NCBI GenBank assembly: GCA_026770705.1
Contig: JANJGN010000009.1
Span: 77,004,001-77,068,000, forward strand
Source: Isurus oxyrinchus
Lineage: Eukaryota
Reading direction: 5' to 3'
Length of the DNA stretch: 64,000 nt
Shown here one piece after another: positions 36,310 to 48,557 of the stretch. The stretch's first letter is position 1, and every line of letters starts with the position of its first letter. Under the pieces are notes generated by a model, which saw only the letters and a list, made by a program, of their open reading frames with translations, was not told where the DNA came from and searched no databases. The translations under genes were made by a program, and so were the position numbers.

Positions 36310-37480
36310 CTACTGGAACCACATCTGGATCAGTGCTCCCCTGGTCTCCCTGGTTCTGAGAAGCTTCTGCCCTGCTGACTCCTCCAAATGACGCAGTGAC
36401 TTCTCAAGTTCATCATCGGAGCCACTGTTTGACTCGTCCTCTGGCATCCCTTGGGGTCCTTCCAAGTAATCCCCCTCCAATTCATCAACCCAATTCATCA
36501 AAAGTGAGACAACAAACAACTGTCAGGGACACTCAAGCCACTGGATAGAGATCCCTTGACCCATCCAAGCACTAAAACCTCACTTTAGCTGACCAATTGT
36601 CACTTCGGCGGCCCGGTGGAAGCATGGTTGAGATTATGCCTCTCCTCATCAGGGGTTCAAGGATGTCTAACTGGCATCATAAGCCACCTCTTCAGTGGCA
36701 CCTTTTATCACCCAGCCATCTAGTTTATGTGGGAAGGGTGGAGTAGGGTGCCTTGTGATGAAAAGCCATAGCACCTAGAAGTGAGGGAGAATGTAAGCCT
36801 CATTGCCAAAATACTGTGCACAAACCTGGAGAATCCACTGCTGATGATTGCACACAAGCTGAACATTCAGTAAGTTTCAGCCCTTCCGATTTACAGAAGC
36901 CCCTGGCCAGCTTGCCTTGATTACCACTTGGAAAGCCAGTAATTGCCCCAAAGCCTCTCACTCACTCCGCTTGGCTCTCCTCATCAGAGGAGACGAAAGC
37001 ATCCACCTCCTGAATAATGCATCATTTACAACTTTTACACAGTGGTGAGCAGTAGATTGTGACACTCTGCAGATATTCCCTGTAGGCCCCTATAATGACC
37101 CGGAAGTATATAAGTTAAGGGCATCAGTCACTTTCAAAATTGGCTTTGGGTGTCCCCCAATGCAGTTTGAGACCATTTCTTCGCCACTCGTTTCACAATT
37201 GGAGGTGGCTGTCACCCTGGAAAGGTGAAGCCTTCTTCTACATTGCATCTCACTCACCAGGTAGTTGAAGCATTCTCTGTAAATTCTGCCAGCAGGGTAG
37301 TGGCACCTCCACTGGCCTTTTGTCCCACTGGACCCTCGCTGGCCTTCAGCTCCTCCAGCATTTGCTAGTCTTTCATGTTGGCAAACATATTGCTAATGCC
37401 CCTGGCCAGCTGGCCTCCTCTTCCTGTTTCTCAAATCCTCCTCTGCAGAAGAGAAGCCTCGACCAGAGGGCACAATCCCC
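36310..37480 (-). pseudogene. Harbinger (HARBI1-like DDE) transposase remnant
   Basis: Reverse strand reads NRKG*..LNVQLVC, WLGDK and TIGQLK..CLD, followed by an acidic C-terminal tail. Confidence 0.75.
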
Positions 37481-40400
37481 ATTCGCCTGAATGAGGATTT
37501 CAGAGATGCATCCAGGCTGTTTTCATACACACTCTGGATTGCATTTTATGTGCCCTTGTGGGTTTTGTTTCTTACAGTGGTGCATGAAAAATGGGGCAAG
37601 TGCCCAACCCACCACCTTCCCATCCACCCCAAGCTCACCCCATAACATGGGGGTTGGGTGGGTGCCGAAATTGGCAGCCCTCCCACCATATTTAAATGAA
37701 TAATCAAGAGTTAATTAGGCTTGTCACTAAGCCAATTGACCCTGATAATACGCTGCCCATGCCATAAAATATTTGGCGTAGGCAGCCCAATTTTTAAAAT
37801 AAATTCTTCAAAGGGCAGGGAAGAAGAGGGGGTTCTACTTTTGGGGGCTGCCTTTGCCGATCAGGGGTGGCCCCACCTCTGTAACCCCCTCCACCAAGAT
37901 AGAACCCTTCCTTTCTTCCTACCCAGTCGCAGACTTAAATTCACCCTCTAAGCCCCCACAACCTGCCCAAATCCTCTCTGTCGAAGCTGTCGGACTTACC
38001 TTGCTCCAGGGATCCATGGGTCATCTGCCTCCTCCTCTTGCAGTCTCGGCAACATCTACTGATGCATCCTTGCGCTCCTGGGACTGATGGAGCTGCTGGT
38101 CAATCTGATTGAATGGAAACTCCTGGGGAGGGACTTCCTCCCCAGTGATAGGCGGGAGTCCCACACTGCCCCTGTTTAGCCTGCCCAAAGTGCTTTACGG
38201 CTGTAGGGCAGATTGGCATGGAGTGGGTCAGTTCCAGGCCAACTTTGCTTCCAGAGGAGAGAGAAGGGGGTGGGTGTGTGTGCTGAGCTGTTTGCGCCCC
38301 GGCCCCCTATCAGAGGCTGCCTGAAATTATAAGCTTCTGAAAATGTACATATGAAATGTCAATGGAGCACACTGATCCTGAATACAATAAGCAAATAACA
38401 AGATGAACCAAACCTTTAACTTAAAATGTAGACTCCTACCTCCACACTTTTCCAGGTTAATCCAAGCTTTTATCTTACCCTGGATCTACCTGTTGAGATT
38501 GACATTCACAGTGGAGTTCATGCACTGACTAAAAATTGCATGGGCTGCATAAAATTCAATTGCTTGTCAACAAATTAAGAGGCCTTTGATTGAGGTTGGG
38601 CAGGCTCCTGACTTTAGGGCGCACCCATCTCCCATAATATGGTGATCTGGCATGATGATGTCAGGAACCTCTCCCCTCATCATCACAATCATTTTTACGG
38701 TGTGTCAAGTAGGACATCCACCCATCTCTGCAGTGTAAAATTCTGCCCCAAGCTCCTGGAAGCAGAGGGGGCCAGTTTCACTGCTTGGCAGTGGCCTTCC
38801 ATCAGCAGACCAGGGTGGGGTGGCGGGAGGGGGCAGTGCCCCAGGCAGGCTTAGAGGCCCTCTTGCCTGCCTGGGTGCAGCAGCAGCTGAAGCCTACACT
38901 GTAGAGGGGACCCTGACTTCCCACCCCCGCCCTTCAAGGTGGTGACTTAGATGCAAAAACCATTTTAAACTTTAAAGAAGTTGGAGAGGGCATTCCCATT
39001 TTAAAGTGCCTTCTCCCTCACTTACCTTCCATTGCTGCTGATTTCAAGCTGGAAGGTCTCTGAGTGACTTTAGTTTCAAGAGCCCACCCACCATCCTCAA
39101 TTGGACACCGAGGCCACGTTCCTGGCCATTAATTGGTTGTTCCGGGAAAATCACGTTGAATGACTGTTTCCCACACAACATGGGCTCCTGGTCCCATTTG
39201 TGCCTGATGGCAAGATTCAGAACTCCACATGGAAAATCTTGCCCCAGGGATGAAAGACTTTAAAAATGTGGAGAGACTAGAGAATCTGGGGTTATTCTCC
39301 TTAGCAGAGAGAAGCTGGGGTAGAGATTTAAGTGGAGATTTAATAGAGATCATCAAAGTCATAGGTTTTGATGGAATGAGGAGAAACTGTTTCCAGTGGC
39401 AGAAGGGCCAGTAATCCCTCCCTAACAGCACTGTGGATGTACCTACCACATGGACTGCAGTGGTTCAAGAAGGCAGCTCACCACCACCTTCTCAAGGGAA
39501 ATTAGGGATGCGCAATAAATGCTGGCCTAGCCATTGATGCCCACATGCTGTGAACAAATTAAAAAGCACAGGATACAGATTTAAAGTAATTGGCAAAAGA
39601 GATGAAGTGAGGAGAATTTTTTTTATGCAGCAATTTGTTGTCTTCTGGAACACACTACCTAGAAAAGGTGGTGAAAGCAGATTCAGTAATAACTTTCAAA
39701 AAGAAATTGGATAGATGCTTGAAGGGGAATAATCCACAGGGCTATGGGAAAGGGCAAGGGTTTGGTACTTATTGGAAAACTCATTCAAAGAGTTGGCACA
39801 AGCATGATGGGCCAAATATTCTCCATCTGTGTTGTATCATTCTATGATTCTATGATTCCATGACTTCTAACATAAATCATCATCTACCTTTGAGACTTGA
39901 GCATATCAGGTCTAGGGAATATTCATTTATGGACAACAAAATGCTGTGTCTTGACAACAGTCATAAGGTTTGATGTGAGACTGTGTTAGCTATGCTTACA
40001 TGTTGAAATGAGGCTCTGCAGGTCAGTAATTGGGGTTATGATGATTTGCTACTTGGGCAAAGGTCTGGATGGTTACGTGTTGAATTGTACCTCAGCAAGA
40101 GTCAATTACTTCAGGGAAGGAGTGCAAAAAGTGAGGGAAAACTGGTCAGGCAAATTAAAGAAAAAGCTTTATCAAAGGACCGGACTTCTGTGTAAGCTGT
40201 CCCTTAAACTCACAGACCAGCTGATGCAATGCTGTTCTATCTTCCAAAATACTCCATGATATGAAAAGCAAATCAACATTTGAAAAAGAATCAGTTGTTT
40301 TTTCTCGCTTAGACATGTACCATCTGAATCGCAGAATAACATATGTTATGTCTGTAATTCTCTTCCCAACATTGGCGTTCCAGTGGCGCAGGGCATTCTC

Positions 40401-40999
40401 CTGTTGCTGTGAAAATATCACAATCTTCATTCAGTTCCTTGGGTTGAGTTTCATCCAGCCATGAAACACCAGGATCCCACTACCAAGAGAGATCCTGCCA
40501 ATGCCCGGCAGCAAAATCCCAGCAATGCTACCACAGCACCAAAAGAAGCAGCCAGACAGTTAAAAAGGCAGGTTAAGGCCTACAAAAATAAAGTAAGTAA
40601 GGTCCAGGATGGAAGGAGAAAAGACCAGTATAATATCCGGTGTCTCCACGAGGGAGCATTAGGGCTTAATCACCCCTTTTTCCCATGGTAGCAAAGCAGT
40701 CAAATGAGAAGGAAATTCCTTTGGGACCAGTGCCCAAACTTCCCATCAAGGAGGAGAATCCATTCATACATTACTGAAAATGATCCCTTGCCTGTAAAAC
40801 AATGAGGCCAAAGCCTCCTAGTCTTGAGCTAGGGCAATGACAGCATATATCCAAACCAACTGCATAACCATCAAATTAGTGCAGTTAAAATTGGATTAGG
40901 TTAGAAAACGAGTGCAAGAATCGCAATGCACCATTAACCTGTGCCTGTTTGTAGTGATTCAGGAAGCACACAAACTTTGTGCTGTGCACTAATGTAAAT

Positions 41000-41640
41000 G
41001 GTAGTGGCATGCAGCCCCATGCTAAGCCCGTTCCTGAGCAGTTACACACCTCAACAGGGAGCCCAAAGCCTGGCCTAGCAGCCACCCTCTGGTTTGATGT
41101 GGTAGCTCAAAAACTGAGGAAACAGTGAATTGGCACAGAATAAAAGTATCATGACTGGTCTCAAGGTAGTTGACAGTCACCAGCATGGCATGCTGAGCAT
41201 GGTCACATACCAAATGCATATTCAAAGAATGGTGAACTTTGCGGTTGTGGTACAGCTCAGCGTTTAGAAGTGGCATCTGCAAATCCACATGCATGCAGTC
41301 ACTGGCACCATGCATCATGGTGAAGCCACGTCGATGATCCGCCTCTTCCTCTCTGGTCAACAAGAATGGAATATACTCCCCTCTGCCAGCATAAAGAGCA
41401 TCTGTCACCTCTCAAATGCAGCAGTGGATAGTGAACTGTTTGTGAATCACAGACTAAACAGACACTGCTTCTGGCTTAAGTGCAAGTAGGAAAAGTGCTC
41501 CTGGAAGACCCTAGGTGGATAAAAGCTCATGCTGAGGACTCTCCTTCCTCCTCCTCATCCTCTCTCTGCTTTGCAGCCTCAACACCATCTCCCTTTCATG
41601 CTGCAGCCCAAAGATGATGGTAACAAGCACACTCATGACT
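41000..41640 (-). pseudogene. Harbinger transposase remnant
   Basis: DCMHV..NRKVHHSLNMHLVCD..SHDTFIL..GWLLG in ORF 41022-41408. Confidence 0.8.
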
Positions 41641-41944
41641 GGGAGCAAGTGGCCTGACCAGAACCTTTGCAGTAAGAGCCAAGGCCATCACCACATTCCG
41701 TACCACTCCCAGACAACTTTGCCAACTTAACTTAAACAGAGCCAGTGGAACTTAGTCAGCAACGAACCTGAGAGTGATTGAGGATCCCTTTAATTAACAC
41801 TTTTTGAGGACCAAAATGGACTATATTTTTTACCAGCTTATGATGCTTGTGGACTATGAGGCAGTTGCTGGGAGTTGTTCAGCAATCTAAAGTTCACGGT
41901 ATGTAAGCCTTCACTAGATGGCAGTCTGACTGAACAAACTATGG

Positions 41945-43015
41945 GTATTGCTGAAAAATGACATTTTTTCAAAGCTTTTTGTCTTGCACTCATTGGGACA
42001 ATCGCAAGAATACCAATGTCAGGGAAAGCATCAACTTTATACTGATGAGAATAATGCAGGATAATGGTTACCCTAATCAGATCATTTTGTGCTGTATATC
42101 GCTCAAACTCATGAACGGGCCTAAGGCCCTGAAAAGTGCCCAGTCTAACTCAGATTACCCTGGAAGGGCAAGGTATCTCAAAAATTTGAGCAACAGGTGA
42201 AGTTAGTTGTTTCACGCTGCTACTCTGCAGTAGCAACATGAGTGGTATTCACCACTAACAGGATGCTGCCGTCAAGCCAAAAAAAAAAGACGTTCTGCCT
42301 ATCACACAATTGAATAATGTGGTACATGAATTTCAGTACCAGTGTGATGCTAGGTTTGTAGGCCATATGTCCCAAAGACTGGCGAATCAAACTGTATTGT
42401 TCAACTGTATCAAACAACATGTCCCTTCCATTGTTCACAACAGGAAAAGTACAGACCACACCCAGCCGGCATGTGCTTGCAAAACCCAAAACACTGTGTC
42501 CAACATTAGATGTGATCCCATGATTGGACATTTGCTGAATAACCCTCAGTGTGCTAAAAATTACACTGACAACCAATTTAAAATGGTCAGTCAGGCTTGC
42601 TGTGTGGTGCATTTGCATGTACTGGAAGCTACATATATCAATACACAGGGCCCTGTTCTTTGCAGACAGAAAGCACATTGAATCTGTTTCAGCTAAACAA
42701 AATAAGTGAAAACCATTTGTTGGTTCATTCCTCAGGGCAATGCCTTGACCAATCAGAGTCAAGCTGCCTGGTTTAAAATTTCAAACAATGTTTGGCATTT
42801 CACTGTCAGTCACCATCAACTGGTGCATTCTCCACGGCAATGCCTCTACCAATCAGAGTCCACTTGCCAACCAATCAGCACTCTCTTCTCATACAGTATA
42901 AAGTTGTTGCTTCGCCTGATGTTGGTATTCTTGCGATTGCCCTGATGAGTGCAAAGCGAAAGGCTTTGACAAAATGTCTTTTTTCAGCAATACTCGAGTT
43001 CTGTACTACCAAATG
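41945..43015 (+). mobile_element. 5'-truncated Penelope-like element (family B) with an inverted 5' terminal repeat piece
   Basis: GIY-YIG remnant NNVVHEFQYQCDARFVGHMSQRL..VLEATYINTQGPVLCRQK. 41945-42045 is an inverted copy of the 3' end. Confidence 0.88.
42937..42972 (+). ncRNA. Minimal type I hammerhead ribozyme motif (degenerate)
   Basis: ttgcc-CTGATGA-gt gcaaa gc-GAAA-ggc-TTT-gacaa. Confidence 0.6.
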
Positions 43016-43221
43016 ATTATCAGAATAAACTCCCACCCACTGATTTGAACAACGGGTATCATAAGTCAAATGAACTTGACTGTGTCTTTTTTTTAATTTA
43101 AAGCCCATCACAGTTAAATCTATTGACAGCTTTGACTGTTCCAATAAGTTTTGACAGTTCCATTGAGTTTTGACAATTCTTTGACAGCTTTGACAGCCTA
43201 GCTGGAAAGGGGATCTGTTGG

Positions 43222-43860
43222 TTACCTCCTCCCTTTCTTCCCTTCCTCCTCCTCTTCCTCCTCCTTCTCCTCTTCCTCCTCCTCTTCCTCCTCCTTCTCC
43301 TCGTCCTCCTCTTCAGCTGCTCGCCATATACCTACTGCTAAGGGCTGTGGCCTCATGATGGCAATGTTCTGCAGGATACAGCAGACCATAATCAATCTGG
43401 ACTCTGATTGGTAGGAGCATTGCCATGGAGAATGCACCAGTTGATGGTGACTGACAGTGAAATGCCAAACATTGTTTGAAATTTTAAACCAGGCAGCTTG
43501 ACTCTGGGGTCAAGACATTGCCCTGAGGAATGAACCAATGAATGGTTATCACTTATTTTGTTTAGCTGAAACAGATGCAATGTGCTTTCTGTCTGCAAAG
43601 AACAGGGCCTCTGCTCTAGTGAGCATTGCAGGGGTCTTCCAGAATGGTCCAGACAGCAGCAGAAGCATTGCTTGAACCCCCAATGACCTGCTCATGGTAT
43701 TTTGTGTGACTCTAACTGTACGCATGCTGGCCTCATATGGTTGGATTGTGCATCAGTATCATGAGCCAAGTGTCATCGAATAGCCACCCTCTGGTTTGAT
43801 GTGCTGGCACAAATACTGATGGTACAACTGACTGACACAGAATAAAAGCATGGTTCCTGA
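43222..43860 (-). pseudogene. Harbinger transposase C-terminal remnant, interrupted at ~43396-43612
   Basis: MVCCILQNIAIMR followed by a poly-Glu tail. CLDHSGRPLQ and GWL motifs lie upstream. Confidence 0.7.
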
Positions 43861-43871
43861 GGTTTGCCCAT

Positions 43872-44996
43872 TGTTACAGACAGGAGAGAGGCAAACAGAA
43901 CTTCTTTACCCCCTCATAGTCTGTCCATTAGCAGAGGTGTTTTTGAATTATTTTTAAAGTAGGCTGTGACATGTTTTCCAAAACCCTCAGTTTGTCTGGC
44001 CCAATTTTATAAGTAACACACAGCAAACTCTCTTTATGATTAACTCCAGAGGATTAGTTTATTTCACATTCAATGGGGTGGGTGGGGGGGTTTATTTGCA
44101 ACCTCTCACACACACAGACACACACACACACACACACATATACAGTAAGGGGGATATAGAAAAGGAGTTTTTACAACAATAGATAACAACAGTAAAAGAA
44201 CATCAGGAATGGATATTAGTTCACGTGATTTCCAGAGTCCAGAAAGTCAAAGTTCAGAGGGCGTTTCCTTCATGACAGAGTTCAGTTCATATGAGATCCT
44301 GATTGCAGACAGCAGAACAAAACACTTGAAAGAGAATGAGGTTGTATTTAAAATAAAACAGGCTTCAAGGAGTTGAGAGATGGTGCCCAGCTGCTTGTTT
44401 CTCAGTTCTCAACTGAATATAGAGATTTCAAAATGGTCACTGGAGTCACACCACCTCCTTCCTCCACAATGATTTCAAAAGAGATGTTTATTTGGTGTCT
44501 GGGTCTGGCCTTTGTTTTATGGCTTATAATGTCCGTCATTAGCCTTTGAAAAAGTCACCATCCATGTTGAGGATCTTGTTTTGGGGAACCATTGTCTGGA
44601 CAGACAGTGTGACTCCACTAGAGGGGTAAGCTTATCAAGATGCAAATGACGTCCATTGTACCCTCAAAGGTCTCATTTTGAAATGGATCTGGACAATCCC
44701 AGATGTGAGATTGGTCTCTTAACAACTCTTCAGGAATACTGAGTTTCAATCTCTCCATGTCCCATGCTTTCATGATTATAATGTCCTTACAATGGGGTGT
44801 AAGATTCCACAAGGATGAGAGAGGAACACTTTTGTTCTTGTAACTGTCCTGTTGGAAGCTTTCAGGACAGATGGCCAAACCAGTGAGTCATGTGACATGT
44901 AGCATTTGGTTCTGAAAAAGTCCATTTTAAAATCGCAAGTAAATTAAGCTTGATGTACACGGTTTTGATTTCTTTTCATATCTTACTGACATGATA
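43872..44996 (-). mobile_element. Solo LTR
   Basis: tgttaca...catgata termini with perfect CCAT TSD (43868-43871 / 44997-45000). The left end resembles the reverse complement of the 760-1836 LTR 3' end. Confidence 0.8.
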
Positions 44997-46074
44997 CCAT
45001 AATGGCAAAGGGTGGTGGATGGAGGTCATGGGATAGCATGAGTTGACACTAAGCTGGCATAGGGGCTATAAAGGACCATGGGAATGGGGGTAGAATAGAG
45101 GTTAAGAGGAGCCATGGGGTGCTGGGTAGAAGGGCATGTGTTGCCATAGGAGGTATGAAGGGCCATAGGGGTGGGTAGAGGGAAATGGGTTGGCATAGGG
45201 ATATGAAGGGCCATAGGGGTGGGTGGTGGCATGGGTTGGCATGAGGGGATGAGGGGGCATGGTGGCTGGGTGGTGGCATAAGGTGGTATAGTTTGCCATG
45301 GGGGGGGAATGGGGAGTTTATGGGGGTGAGGGCTAGAGAGCTGTTTTTTGTTTTAATAATGTTTTTATCGAATTCAGCATAACTGCTGGAGCACAGAGGC
45401 AGACCTTCTGCCCAGCCCACCTCTGCACCCAGCAACCTTGGCTATCATTCCGGCAATGACGGGTCTGACTTCCAATCCAGCCTGGCCCCCCCCAACCCCC
45501 ACCCCCCTCTCCACCCTCCATCACCCCCTGGAACAAAATTGGAATTGGGGGCTGCCACTTTTAAAGGTCAGTTTTGTGGAGCCAGGAATTCTCCATTCTC
45601 TGTGCACCTGATCCGGGAGCAAATATCTGGGCCTTAGTTTACATAATCACCACGTGGGCTGCAGCAGTTCAAGAAGGAGGCTCACCACCACCTTTTCAAT
45701 GGCAATTAGAGATGGGCAATAAATGCTGGCTTGCCATGAAAAATAATTTTTTATAAAATCCTCAATCAGGATACCCACAAGCTACTGTGTGAATGAATGA
45801 ACCTTTTCTTATCAAAGAAGTCATGCACTAACATATATTCATTTACTTCAAATTTACAGTTATCACTACCTGTTTTTAAAATATTGAGTGTATATACAAT
45901 TAACGTATATATAAATATTTATAGACAGAATTATCTAGCAATTTGAATAATAATTAATAGACAGTGTTACTTAACAAATGCAGAGGTTCTAAAGGGTAAT
46001 TTAGTGTGAAAGTACCTTTCTACATCCATTTGGTCACAGAAGAAGTTAAAGAAAATCTTCTAACCACCAAAATG

Positions 46075-46872
46075 CATTCACATGTGGTGGATAAAAATTA
46101 ACGCAGAAAAGTGTGAAGTGATACAGTTTGGTAGGAAGACAGAGAAGAGAGTATATAAACTAAATGGTACAATTTTCAAGGGTGTGCAGGAACAGAGAAG
46201 CATGGGGGTGTAAGTACATAATCTTTGAAGGTGGCAGAACAAGTTGAGAAAGCTGCTAATAAAGCATTATAGGATCATTGGCTTTATTAACAGTGGTATG
46301 GAGTAAAAAAGCAAGAAGTTATACTAATCCTTTATAAATCATTGTTTAGTCCTCAGATGCTGTATGTGTTCACACTTTAGGAAATATATCAAGGCTTTCA
46401 AGAGGCTGCAAAAGAAATTTACCAGAATGGTACCAGGGATGCAAGATTGCACTTATGTGGCAAGAGGATCTGGGGTTGGTTCCCTTAAAGCAGAGGAGGT
46501 GAAGAGGAAATTTGATAAAGGTGTTCAAACTCATGAGTAGTTTTGATACGGTAAATAAGGAGAAACTTTTTCAGTAGCAGAAGGCTCAGCAACCAGAGGG
46601 CATAAATGTAAAGTGATTGACAAAAAAAACCAGAGACAACATTAAGAAATGTTTTTATATAATGAGGTCCTGTGATCTGGAATGCACTGCCTGAAAAGGG
46701 TAGTGGAAGCAGATTCAGTAATCACATTTAAAAGAGAATTGGATAAATACTTGAAGAGAATAAATTTACAGGGTTATGGGGAAAAAGCAGGGGGCTGAGA
46801 TTAAATAGATGGTTCTACAAAAGAGCCGGCGCAAGCAGAATGATCTCCTTGTGTGCCGTAGCTTTCTATGGT
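46075..46872 (+). mobile_element. CR1 LINE 3' fragment
   Basis: Colinear with the other CR1 3' ends (aaagtgtgaagtgatacagtttggtagg..gatctggaatgcactgcctga..gctttctatg). Confidence 0.8.
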
Positions 46873-48557
46873 GTTACGAAAGAGAAAGTGCATCTAACCA
46901 AGACAAAGAGAATCTATTAGAGATATGTCAAGGACTCCTTAATATATTCTAAATTTAAAGAAGAACTCAGTTTCATAGAGTTAATTAATCTGGATGACAC
47001 ATGTGTCTGAGGAGTTCACCTCTTTCAGTATCAATCACTTCTAACAAACACAAAAAATGTTCTTAAGGATGTCAAGGGCACCTAGGTATGGCTGATTTCT
47101 ACTTCTTCCTCCTCAATTTTTTTTCTAGCAAAGTGTCATACATATAACCAGATAAGGTGCAGTAAATGTACGTGCAACTAACAAACCATTTCTGATCGCA
47201 ACCATCAATGTTGGCTCGTATGGAATGTCCATTAAATACATTTCTTAAAGCCTCCTAGTTTTGTTTGCCCAGCCAGATTCACAGCATTCAGTTTAACTGC
47301 TAACTCTGTATTCTGTTGTCGCTTTTACTAAAACTGCATTTTCAGATCATAATCCAAACAATTTTCAGGGCATTTTCTGTACAGCGGAAAAGTACTTAAT
47401 GTCAATGGATCTACTGTTTTTCTATGTAACTTAAACTCTTTCAACAGCAATGGTTGTAAACAAGAAATGGAACTCTGTGGCAAATATTTGATGAGTGATG
47501 TAACTGTTGGTAAACATGTGTCACTGCAGGTTTAACTGATGACCTGCTTCAAGGGGAGGCTTAAATAATAAATCTTGCAAAATCTCAATTGATCACACAG
47601 TATAAATGGGTGTCAGAATTACTAGCTGGAAGCAACCAATTTTATATCAAACATGATTTTAAAAACTAAGTAGGATTTCACAATACAATCTCAACATAGC
47701 ATCATGTTAACATGTTTCCTTCCCACAAATGTTCCCTTTTATCACCTCATCAAGGCTCTGATTTTTGCTGAAGCCTTTTGTCGAGGGCACAGGCAGCCCA
47801 CCAAGTTACCATTCTTCGTGTGTGAGCCTGAGATGTCACCAGCAGGCTATTTAGCCATGGTCAATAATAGTCAAACAAAGTTCTGCCCTCACTCAACTTC
47901 TATATCCACTTTGTTACAGTCCCCATGAAGACCAATAACGCAAAAAAACAAACATCCTAAGTGACCCTAATGGAAGAAAGTGATGGACAATTTTTTTAAA
48001 ATTTACAATAACAAAATGCACTGCAGCAATTCAGCAAGAGAGCACCTTCCAAAAACACAACCTCTACACCTAGGGCAAAATTTTTCGTTTGACGTCCAGG
48101 GGGCAAGCCCCAACATCCGTGCGTAAAATGACGCGCAGTGACATCGGGCGAGCATCCCGATGTCACCGTGTGTCATCGCAATATCTTGCTGCGCAGGTGC
48201 ACGATGAAGTCCAACATGCACCCGCCATTAATTAATGGGCCACTTAAGGCCATTTAGTCTTCAATCAACGGTGATTTTTCGGCGCCGTGCGATTGTTGGG
48301 TCGGCACAAGGGCGCAACGGGCAGGCGAGTAAGAGACATTTGTATTAACCTTATCCATGGGTGGGATAAGAGGGCTCAGTGGGGCCATGAATCTGCTCTG
48401 TGAAGTATTTATTGGAGAAAGTTTTTACAACTTGCCTGTGTGATCTGCAGGACTTTGCATCACAGCAGCTTTGTCTGGACTCTTAACTTTTAGGTCAGCA
48501 CTCTGCAGTTAGGAATCTTTTCTGGGCCTGCATGTTTCAGGAAGCCTTCCCTTAACC

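Larger units (their letters stand above)
32540..39244. mobile_element. Composite/nested Harbinger element
   Basis: TIRs gggctgaatttg / aaaatcttgccc with perfect CAG TSD (32537-32539 / 39245-39247). Contains a transposase remnant, a LINE tail (32760-32925) and an internal TIR-like end aaaattctgccc at ~38748. Confidence 0.8.
32265..39860 (+). mobile_element. CR1 3' fragment split by a Harbinger (pieces ~32265-32539 and 39245-39860)
   Basis: Pieces rejoin as atgatac-cag-ggatgaaag. Tail ends attctatgattctatgattc. Confidence 0.8.

Noticed and set aside
40008-40691. Cluster of short ORFs with a gtaagt donor at ~40592
   Set aside because: No protein motif, and the context resembles decayed DNA-transposon sequence next to a Harbinger remnant.
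43222-43320. Poly-Glu coding-like tract
   Set aside because: Expanded acidic tail of a Harbinger transposase remnant, not a host exon.
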